From the NCBI GenBank assembly GCA_047967505.1, contig CM106538.1: 64,000 bases of DNA; one strand, written 5' to 3'. This document shows, one piece after another, positions 12,433 through 22,742 of the stretch (its first letter is position 1; each line of letters begins with the position of its first letter). This DNA comes from Dipteris shenzhenensis (Eukaryota). The notes beneath the pieces are model-generated. The model saw only the letters and a program-made list of their open reading frames with translations, was not told where the DNA came from and ran no database searches. The translations under genes and the position numbers were made by a program.

Positions 12433-12721
12433 ACAACTCCCAATGAAGGCAAAAGCCTTCATTACCTCAACAAAGATGATTTAAGTGCCTTTTACACATG
12501 CTTGCACTTTGTTTGCTTACCACACTTAAGCCTACGTCTCTCACCGGAACACGACTCGAGGTCCTAAGCTACACATATACTACAACCGACAATCCCAATA
12601 TATCTGTAGGTGACAAAAAGCCTCGGAACCCTGCAACATAGAATACCCAGCTCTTCCTACGAAAGTAGTAGGAAAGAGCCAACACTCTTGTAGGAGACCT
12701 TTTGGACAGGAGTCCCTCCAC

Positions 12722-12915
12722 TTTTGGGGGGGGCCTTTTGGGTCTCTACACAAAGTGGGGGGACTTTTTGGGTCTCTACACAAAGTGGGGGGACTTTTTG
12801 GGTCTCTACACAAAGTGGGGGTGCCTTTTGGGCCTCTACACAGAGTGGGGGGAATTTTGGGTCTCTACACAAAGTGGAGGACTTTTTGGGTCTCTACACA
12901 AAGTGGAGGGACCTC
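12722..12915. repeat. ~30-bp tandem array (TTTTGGGTCTCTACACAAAGTGGGGGGACT) x ~6, probably within a minus-strand LTR (12639-13023)
   Basis: Near-identical units without unique spacers. Lies just downstream, on the minus strand, of the ORF2 homolog and a possible PPT/TG boundary at ~13023. Confidence 0.85.
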
Positions 12916-13107
12916 CAAAAGTGTAGGCTTTTAGTATTTCTCTCTCTAGATCTTGATTTTGCAAGTATTATTGGATCTTTTCTAAAGAGGATTTTGGCTA
13001 TGCTCATCCTTTAAGATTTATCATACCATCTTTTAGGCTCAAGATATTACAAGTGGAGCTTTGCCACTACTATACACACACAATGCTCTCAGAGTTGTTG
13101 TGCTAGG

Positions 13108-14570
13108 CTACACTTCTAGCCCTTGTTGCCACACAGTTAACAACTCCCTTGGACCGATTTGATTACCCATCCTCAGGTTATGGTTGGGTCTATAGACGAT
13201 GTTATGATGCGGTTGTCTATAACCAATGAGTATGGTAAAGATGGTGGCAGAGATAGATGGAGCAAGCTTCTTGTCGATCTTGTCCTTGTAATCCACGAAC
13301 ACGATAGATTGCTTGCTCAATTTTTAAGAAGCCATTGTCAACCATTTCTTTAAACAAACACACATAATGCCCTTGAAGAGATATGGCCCTTTGAAAGAGG
13401 CGACTTGTTGTTTGAGCATCTATCTATTGATTTGGATTGAAGTTGAGGTTGGGCAAATGGTTGTCAATGGTGAGGGACACCCCCAGGATGACTGCTAAGG
13501 CTTCACTATATCTTGCACTTTCCTTGAGTGTTTTGTCATGACTGCTTTGCATAATTGATGCATGTTTGTCCAACACTCTTATGAGTGTTTCCCGGCTTGT
13601 CCATTTGATTTTAGAGTTTCTATTGATTAACGGCCAATTGCAACGAGGAGCATCTACATTATCTAAATCATGATGATTGGCATCCCATCGGTAGCGATGC
13701 ATCAAATGTGGGATGCATGTGAAAGGAAGACGGAGCCTGCATGTATTCAAGGAGGTACTTTTCATTGAGCTGCTTTGGTCTACGCCAAGCAGGCAGTGGC
13801 TCTAATTTCATGCTAATGTCTGGAGTGATTTGTGCTTGGCAGATACTCATTAAAATTCTGGAGAGGTCCCATCCTCCTCTTGACTGCATGTTTGGGTATT
13901 GCCTCCAAAAATCACCAATGGGATTACCGGGCATGGGAATCCTATCTGTATCTTGTTGCAACTCCCTTGTGGGTGTGCGAATTGGATTATCCAATTCTTG
14001 AAGCTCATTGATGGAATCATTAATGGTGTCTTCCATTGAAAACTCAAGGGAGATTGGAGGAACATGTGCTCTTGGGGGAGAGGAAGAGGTTATAGGGGAA
14101 AAGCTTGAGGTCGAAGCAAGTAGTGATTTTGAGAAGGTAGAAGTAGAAAAATTTGGTGGAAAGTGGAGGGAGAGTAGGGCAAATTGATTTAGCAACTTGA
14201 TAATCCTCAAGGGATGGATTGTCAAGTGTTGGAAAAATGTTAGGCGTAACTGGATGATAGGAGTTAGATTCTTGGATTAGGTGATACTGTTGAGAGGCAT
14301 GGGCAAAGAGGCATGGCAAGGAATATGGATTAGCATGGATTTCTAGAAAGATATGGAGGATAGTACTAGAGTTAGGTAGGGATGTGAGTAGATCAAAATA
14401 GAGAGTTAGGTAGGGATGTGAGTAGATTAGAATAGAGAGTGGCAAGATAGGGGAGATTAGACCACATATTCCTTTGGTAGATCCCTGTCGCTTCTGATTG
14501 CTTTAATTTTGGATTCTTTTGGGAGTTATATCCCATGGAAGTTGCTGGTGATTGTTGCAATAAAGCAACT
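13108..14570 (-). pseudogene. Degenerate C-terminal part of an ORF2 homolog from a related gypsy family
   Basis: QELDNPIRTP / IPMPGNPIGDFWRQYPNMQSRGGW / KLEPLPAWRRPK / NHLPNLNFNPNQ*IDAQTTSRLFQR / LFKEMVDNGFL match ORF2 QDLDNPIRTP / IPLPSNPIKEFWSKYLDMKTRGGW / KLDPQPDWRRPK / SHLPPLSFNPNERIDAQITS*LY*R / LFEQMVDTGYL. Confidence 0.9.
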
Positions 14571-17560
14571 CTTCGATGTAGCATGTTGTGTTGGAGGCAA
14601 CCAATCAAATGAAACCAAAGCCGCTTGCTTCCTGATGGCCCTAACTAATGAGGCTTTGAAATGGTACCTCGACCTTCTCATAGAGGAAAGAGCCACATGG
14701 GCACTGCTATCTGACCAGTTTAGAAGAAGATTCTAGATGGAAAGGCTACAAGATGACCCCGCATTACAACTAGGCAATATAGATATGTGCAAGAAAGAAA
14801 AGGTCAGAACATACTTGGGAAGAATGAAAAGATTAATAGCAAAGTGTAATCCCCATCCAGACGACAAGTACCTCATAGCATGGTTCATCTTTGGCCTGAA
14901 AAAATCCATTCGCAAGGACATGAAAAAAGTCAGTATAGCTATGCACATTTCAGCGATGCTCATGAAGCTGCAACTTACATTGAGGATGGCATGACCAATT
15001 CTGACAGTGACAGTGATGGCTATAAATCAAGTCAATGCGATAAGAAATCTTTAAATAAGGGAAGCACTTCCCACAAAGATCGCACCACTGATGGAAGCCA
15101 TGGCCCTAAGAGTAAAAGATGAAATGATGTAGGCTATCGAGCAAAGTTGTGTGTCTCTCAGTCACCACAGTACCCAAGGAGAGAAAATGTTTGGTGCCCA
15201 CACTGTATGGCCAACCATATAGCCAATGAAGAAACATACTAAACCCACCAGAAGTGGCTCAGCCCCCACGGTTATGGTGTCCCATTTGCAATGTTGTAGG
15301 GCATGATGTAAATACTTGTTTCTACAATATGAGGATAGCACAACCCCAGCCCCAATAGTACCAATAGTCGCCAATCCCAATGTACAAACAACTAGCATTG
15401 GCAACTAATGCACAAGTGCCACGTCTCAACCCACTCTCGGTGAGAACACAGGTGCCTCAACCAATGAGGAATCACAATCCTCCGCAATACCCACAGGCTC
15501 CCAATCTTGCTCTAATAGTTCCGATACAACAACTCCAAACTAAAGAGTTGGGACCTCATTATGAGTATGAAATAGAATACCCTATGTACTACATGGATGG
15601 TGCCAAATGACTCATCCCGGTGTATGCAAATCAAGTAAGGCCCACCACATATCAAACACCCATCAAGTGTTTTGGTTGTGGAGAAAACCACTTCATAGCA
15701 GAATGCCCACACAAGGGTAGCCCCATTTCATTCCAACCAGTGTGAAGGGAACGCGGAGTTGGGCATGATTGAATGGATTGCCCACTAAGAATAAAGCCTT
15801 AACCAACCACAGAAGTCAAAGCTGATGTACCCTTGGGGATGATAAGTGTGGAAAATCATAGTGTGGCATCACAGCCAGTCTCGATTATAACAAGACAACA
15901 GAAAGAAGCGGCATGGCAAAAACATATTTCTACTCAAAAAGCAAAGAGCCCTCTTGCAAAACAAGCCATGCCAATCCCACAACACAGTGAAACCATGCCT
16001 AGCACATTTATGGAAAGTGCCACCCAAGGAGCCAAGGAAGCATACCCCAATGCTAAAACTGAAAAGACGTGCTACCAAGACTTGAAGCAATGGGTTCAAC
16101 AAGAACAAGAAAAATTTGAGGCAGACAGGATGGCAACAGCAGAGGTCAGAGCACCATCAGCACCCAACATTGACACGGTGATTGATCCCAACAACTTCCA
16201 AGAGGTAATAGAGCAACAAGCAAAACATCCCCAATTGGATAGCACCGCACTAGCAAGCTTAATAAGCTACCCCATCACAATGCCAATTGGGACCTTACTG
16301 AGAAATTGCCCTACAATGTGGGAAAGTTTCAAGGGATGGATCGAATCTTCACAATACTTCCCCCCACTTAAAGGAGAGGAAAAGGTAATTTTAGTAAAAT
16401 TCGGTGCTAGGGATGACATAAAAAATGTAACCATACCACTGGAGCATAAAGCAATACCCAAAAGTAGTAGAGGACGGCGGAGCTGGAGTAAACATTCTAG
16501 CAAGAGAGCTATATGAAGAATGGGGCCTACCTCCAATGCAGAAGGCCACATTTAACATCCGCCTAGCTGACCACATGAAAATGAAGCCATTGGGTATCGT
16601 TGATAATGTGTCAACAAAAATTGTTGGAGTAAGATTCACGCTCTAGTTTACTATCTTCCCAAGGGCACCATAGTATACCAAATATTGTTGGGAAGACCAT
16701 GGCTTCAAGAAGCATCGATACTCCATGATTGGGGCACTAATATGATCACTATCCAAAATAGAGAAATCGTTGTCAAGACAAATCTAGGAACAGGGGAAAT
16801 CAAACCCACTATTCCTAGAAATGTTGAAGACACTTCTTCCACTACTGCGACCAGTCATGCATCCCCTGTACCTACCAATGCACTGAAGCCCATATAAGGG
16901 GATACACAAAGTGACATCAATAATTGGATACAGACGTTGGCTACAATAGATAATTGTAAAACAACACATCTAGTGTTGCCAGATGTGGATGCCCAAATGA
17001 TACAAGTAGAAGCTTTAATCTGGGACAATGAATCAGAAGTAGTGGAAATGCCAGTCTTCATGATAGGTGTCGAATGGGACAGTGACCCTGAAGAGTCCAT
17101 AATAGAAGGCTACAGTGCCAACATAGAGTGGGATATGGAAACAGAAGTTGATAATGCAGCCTTGGAAGGCCAAGTATTTGACAATGATTTGGCACTCCTA
17201 TAGGCACTCATGGCCATAGAATACCCCAAGCTCAACCCTCCAACACTATCCAATAGTAATTGGTCCAGGAAAAAGGAGGGTCTACAGTGCCAAAAGGCCA
17301 AGACAGAGCATTTCAATGAATTTGAAAGAATGCAGACTAGAGTGGTAGAATTGTACTTGACTAAGCCCACAAAAGCACTCAGTCCCCAAATTTTAAATGG
17401 GATCCTAAAGGGCTTGAAGGTGTTTGTATGGCCGAAGAACCACTCCTTGGGAGTGTGACTCCTATTGAAAATCCATCACTGCACCGAAGGGAAGAGAAAG
17501 GAAATATGGAGACAGTCAGGTCCACCTGGATCAAAGACTGGTCGATCAAAAGATGATTAC
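14571..17560 (+). pseudogene. Degenerate gag-protease-spacer fragment of a related gypsy family
   Basis: FDVACCVGGNQSNETK, ERLQDDPALQL, WCPHCMANH, IGTLLRNCPTMWESFKGWIE, LGRPWL, HFNEFERMQTRVVELYL align collinearly with 1298-4230; many stops and frameshifts. Confidence 0.92.
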
Positions 17561-18249
17561 GTGAACAATGGTGTGTATGGCTGCGTGTTGAAGATGTCAT
17601 AAGTCACCATGGATTGTGCAGCTGCTCTAAAGAAGAGGCATCCAGATGTGAGGTTAGTCGATGTAGTGATGAAGAAAGAATCTGGTAAGTTGTGACATAC
17701 GAGGGTGTCACCAACCCAAAAGAGCTGACAACAATGTCCAAGGTATGCTGCAATAGAGTAATCTTTATTGAATGATGTGGGGCAAAAAATGAAATAGTGC
17801 AATTAAAAGAAAGCTTTTTGTAAAAAGATGAAGAAATCCATGAAACAAAAGTTACAAACATTGAGTTGCATAAAAGTCTTTGAGATTGGAAGCATCAAGT
17901 TTAGGCACTAGAGCAAGAGTGTACAACATCAAAGGACTTATGAATGCCAATGCAGAAATTGATGCCCAAGCACAAGTGTTAATGTAGCTACCAAAACTTG
18001 ATGAATGATTGCCAACACAAGCCAAAGCATCTCATCAATTCAACAAAATAATTCAGGCCTCCTACGTATTAGACATGATATAGTGAAGATATATGAGCAC
18101 TTGATTTGAATCCCTCCTCTTTGGGTAGTAGCTGGACTACTACCTTTGTTGCAACATCCATGAGGCTACATCAGCCTACAAGACTCATGGCATTGGCCAT
18201 ACATTGGCTCACATTGAATAGATTGTTAGAAAAACTATGCACATAACTC

Positions 18250-18990
18250 TCATACCATGTCATAAATAAATATTTTCTTGCTATATCCAACTCTCACAAG
18301 TGGAGACCTGCCCAAGGTCCACCGAATGCACAAAACAAATCTCTTTCCATTTTATACGCACGTGTTCTTGAAGTAAATTACAAACACATACCAAAAGAGG
18401 ATGTACATGAAGACCTTCCCCAAGGTTCACCAAATGCACAAAACAAATCTCATTCCATTTTATATGCACAAGTGTTTTCTTGAAGTAAATTACTAACACA
18501 TACTAAAAGAGGATGTACATGAAGTAGAACATCCAAAACATGTATTATAGAAAGCTCCAAAATGAGAAGGCCTTAATGCAAAATGGTATGCTCAACCTAC
18601 CACCATCAAGCTACTTGAATGATGATGGACAAGAGGTAGCCATCATGATGATTAAATAATCAAAGTGAAGGTTCTTAGGGATCAATTGGTGGAGATTTAT
18701 CACAAAGTGGATAATGGATAGTTGGTGGATGGTAACTAGTTGTTTATGCTCATGGTTTATAAGCTTCAAAAAAAGCTGTAGAGGGTTAGTGATTACCATC
18801 ATTGTTGTCAAAGATTGAAAACAATTTCCTTTGAAGGGTTGGACCTATTGTCCGCTAGGCACAAGACTTGTCCAAGGTCCACACAATTCATTAAAAGAAT
18901 CTCACTCCATGTGCAAACAACTGCTATTGAAATGAATTATAGACACATACTTGGAGCATGTACATGTAGTAGAACCACCAAAACATGTAT
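18250..18990 (+). repeat. Dispersed repeat with internal ~110-bp and ~470-bp subrepeats (copy 1)
   Basis: Motifs AAACAAATCTC..., ATGTACATGAAGTAGAACA.CCAAAACATGTATT, CAAAGTGAAGGTTCTTAGG are shared with 42610-43480. Confidence 0.8.
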
Positions 18991-21005
18991 TGTTGAGAGT
19001 TCATGCTCAACATCATGTGATCACATGTGCATAGCACCATCATGTGATCATATGTGCATAGCACTAACCCAATAGAGTGCTATAAAGGAAAGGGTTAGAT
19101 GCCCTAACCCTAACCCTAAATGGGTTTGTATATATATTCTACATTTTCAACTAGTGTACAGTTAGTCATTTGTGGTGTGCTCTCTAGCTATGCCCTCTCT
19201 CCTCATCTCCACTCTTCTTCTCTCCCCTCTTCATATTTTGTCATGGTATCAGAGCTCCCTTGCCTTCCGTTGAGGCATTGCAATTCACTTGAGAGTGATT
19301 GAGAGATCGAGAGAGATTGAGTGTTTTCCATTCACTTCTGTAGAGTGAGAAATCTTTTGTTCATTGAGAGAAAATTCCGTTCATTGGAAGTGATTTCCGT
19401 CCATAGATTTTCATTCATTCTATGTGTGATTTCTTCATGAGAGATTAAGAGACTTCTATTAATTTCCTTTGCTCATTCAAAGACATTTTCATCCATTGCA
19501 GTACTTCTTGTGAGAGAGAAAGAGTTTCATTTCATAGTGTTTGAGAGAGGAAGAGAGTTATTCTCTATGAGAAATCGAAAGGGAGAGAAGCTTTGAGGGT
19601 GCCTTCACTATAATTCTTGGTTCTTGGTTCTTCAGTGGCTCCTGAATAGCAACTCCTTCAGTAGCAAGCTCCTTCATACGGGTCAAGCTACCACCGAATT
19701 CAAGCTTCAGCTCCAATAGTGCCTTTTTCACTACAATGAAGCCTTAGCCTCTCCAACTATGAGCCACTGGTGCTCCAAGAGCCCGCAGCCTCCAACTATG
19801 AGCCAAAGCTACATGGGCTGCAACTTCATCTCCAAACCAAGCTCAACACCATCTACAACCAACGGGTTGCATCACCAGCTTCTCCTAAAGGCTCTTGCAT
19901 AAGCCGTCTACAGCGGCTCCTCCAGCCCACGACTAAAATGTCGCCACAGACTACTCCAAAGCTTCACGCTCTCAATGGCTTCTCAGCATCATCTACTCTA
20001 GCCAAGTTGATCAACGACTCTGCAGCACCCCATCTGCAATGCAATAGCACATGGCCTAGCTCCAACTCCAAAGCCCCCGCCTTACACCCGCTTCCATAAC
20101 AAGTAGCAAACGTGGCTCTCCAATGCCCCAGGACAATGGGCTCATGGGCCGCGATCTAGAGCCCACAACGACAACATCTTGCTCCTCCTATCTCTAGCAC
20201 CTTCTTCAATAGTGGCACTCCAACCCAACAAGCCTCTCCAACGGAGTCCAAATGCTTATTCGCATAGTCTCAAGGGCCCAAGCGTCTCCAAGCTCCCTCA
20301 TTGTGAGCAACCTCCAAAGACTATGCTCTTCCATCATTGTCCATTGCTTCTCTATGACCGTGAAGATGCCAGCTGCTCATAGAGCTCTAAAGCCCTGCCT
20401 CACGTCCTGTGTCACATAGCTCCTTCAATGGCTCTAATTTTAGCAATGCGAGCTTTACATGCCAAGCCTAACGCTTATATGCTCCAACCGCCCGCACTTC
20501 ACGATAACTTCTCCCTACCAGCGTAGCCTGAATCGTCTCGTACTACTCGAAGCACTAGACAACATCAACCCCGAATTAAGTCGACAAAAATTTGCAAGAA
20601 GATAGAATCTCTAAGATTCCACGTGACCTGGAGTGGTGAGGTATGTGGTAAGGCCACGTGTCGCATGCTGGTGTGCCAAAATCTTTAAGAATCTGATGTA
20701 CCTCACCACTCTAGGTCACCTCACCACAACTTGGTCAGGGTCTCTGGCTACGTGGCACCTTATCTACCACATAGGCTCTAGTAGCCACATCATCAACCGT
20801 GAGCAACAAGTTACCCATGCCTCGCAGCAAATATATCTTGGAAAGGCTTAATGGTGCAAATAATTTCTCTAAGTTTGATCTAAAGAGTGACTACCACCAG
20901 CTCCGCATCTTTGATGCCACATTCCAAAGACAGCTTTCCGGACCGAGCAAGCTCGCTATGAGTTCGTAGTGATGCCTTTCCAACTCAAGGATGCACCAAC
21001 AATGT
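18991..21005 (+). mobile_element. Non-autonomous LTR element 5' part: LTR 18991-19243, PBS (tRNA-iMet) 19244-19255, non-coding internal region, followed by a gypsy RT remnant
   Basis: ...TGTCA|TGGTATCAGAGC. At 20830-21005 a remnant reads FSKFDLKSDYHQLRI...IPKTAFRT...YEFVVMPF (chromovirus-type RT). Confidence 0.8.
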
Positions 21006-21149
21006 GTGCCTCTTTATCTTCTTGGATGATATTTAATATGTTTTACTTGTTGTCATTGCTATTGTTGGATAGTTGCTAGTCATTGTAGTAGTGATCTAAG
21101 TCACCGTGCTGCTATTGTGGAACCTTTGCAAGAGCTCGCTAGGGCTAGG

Positions 21150-22100
21150 AGGCTACCACAGGAGTCCTTTGAAGAAGAAGGCCTCACTGAAGAGGTTGAA
21201 GAGTAGAAGAGCCTTTGAATGACCAGCATTCCAAGAGCTGGTGGTCGCCTTTGATGGAGCTTGAGTTCTTGAAGAAGGCACTTTCCTTTGCCTTAGGTTG
21301 TAGTTGTGCTCTTTTCTCTCTGTTATTGTAGCTGGTATTTTAGAGCTTAGCTCGTTCTTCATCTACTAAGGGGCTGAGGTTCCAAAGAGAACTCTCAAAC
21401 CTTACAAATCTCATAGAAATGAACATGAATTTCTCAAGAACAAATGAATAGAAATCTTTCCCAAGCAGAGTATAAATGAATGGAGTGAAGAAATCTCACA
21501 AATCACTCAAAAAAACTCTCAATGAACGAAATTTCTCTCAAGAAAGCGGAAGTTCTCTCAATGGAAGAGAAGACTCAATCTCTCGATCTCTCAATCTCTC
21601 ACAAGAAGGATGGCACCTCAGTGAAAGGCAGAACCATGCTTGATACCATGACAAAATATGAAGAGGGGAGAGGAGAAGAGTAGAGATGAGGAGAGAGGGC
21701 ACAACTAGAGAGCACACCACAAATGACTAAATGTACACTAGATTTAGTTGAAGAAATAGAATATATACAAACCCATTTAGGGTTAGGGTTAGGGGATCTA
21801 ACCCTTTCCTTTATACCACTCTATTGGGTTAGTGCTATGCACATATGATCACGTGATGGTGCTATCCACACGTAATCACACGATGTTGAGCGTGAAATCT
21901 CAAGAAGACATAGTGCCACATCATCACTCACTACATGTGACCCATAGTGACACATCATCATTGAGCACCATTTGCACTCCTTTTGCCCCTCCATGTAGAT
22001 CAAGTCATATATCTTGATCTAGGAAGAATTTGAGGTGCTCCAAAAAGGAAAGTTGCTCAATTTTTTATGCTCTACATGCTCATCACATCATGTGCACATT
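21150..22100 (-). mobile_element. Second copy of the same LTR family, minus strand: LTR from 21649 rightwards, PBS 21638-21648
   Basis: 21649-21900 is the reverse complement of 18991-19243; GCTTGATACCA is the reverse-complement PBS. Outer boundaries approximate. Confidence 0.8.
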
Positions 22101-22742
22101 TCGGCACAAGTTGCACTCACTTTTGATCCTCACCGACAAAACCACTTCCTACATGCACATCAGCCTCTACATCGATGCATCTGACTGACCACTTAAAAAG
22201 AGCAAAAGAAAAGGAATTATTTGTTGTTCTTTCATCGATCGATGGTTGGTATAGATCTAGATCAGAGTAGACTAGATCACCATAGAGGGGACGCTTTGAA
22301 TTTCCCCAAGTTGCCAATCTAAGCCATGCCCGAAATTCTTGACTAGTACCTACTCGGAGTTAGTCCATATGCTCATATATGGTTTCACATCATTACATTA
22401 CCTGAAACCTTACATTCATCAGTTTAGTGAGCAGACTTTAGACAGTATAGAGGCATTGCAGATTGTTTCAGTGGGCAGATAGCATTTGATTTCACACACA
22501 CATGCCACCATTGTAAAGCCTATTCGGCTATTTCACAGCATTGTGCACATCATTTCAGCCTCATAAAGCCTCTTGGCTATTCCTGACATCATTTGCCACA
22601 AGCCTTGTAATACATATCAGATTTTATATATTGCAGTTTTATCTTCACTGACGATTGAGAGATTTCACTTGGCACAGTCAGTGTATTTGCAGTTGATTCA
22701 TACAGAGATTTTCACGACACTTTTGAGTACATTTCTTGCACC

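Larger units (their letters stand above)
1..12638 (+). mobile_element. Ty3/gypsy non-chromoviral (Athila-like) LTR retrotransposon with extra 3' ORF; 5' LTR lies outside the window
   Basis: Domain order gag-PR-RT-RH-IN. RT motifs FLDGFSGYNQ and FLDD; no chromodomain and no second RNase H seen. An extra ORF follows pol, then a PPT-like region and an LTR with TGTTG...CAACA termini. Confidence 0.93.
11516..12638 (+). repeat. 3' LTR (~1.12 kb) of the gypsy element
   Basis: Starts TGTTG after the PPT and ends CAACA (12634-12638); TATAAATA at ~11825; internal tandem arrays. The partner LTR is not in the window, so the right boundary is inferred. Confidence 0.72.

Noticed and set aside
11871-12452. 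Ser/Pro-, Glu/Arg- and repeat-rich ORFs
   Set aside because: Translations of the (CCT)n microsatellite and LTR tandem repeats.
12722-12915. 30-bp repeats resembling a CRISPR array
   Set aside because: Contiguous units with no unique spacers, no cas genes, eukaryotic context.
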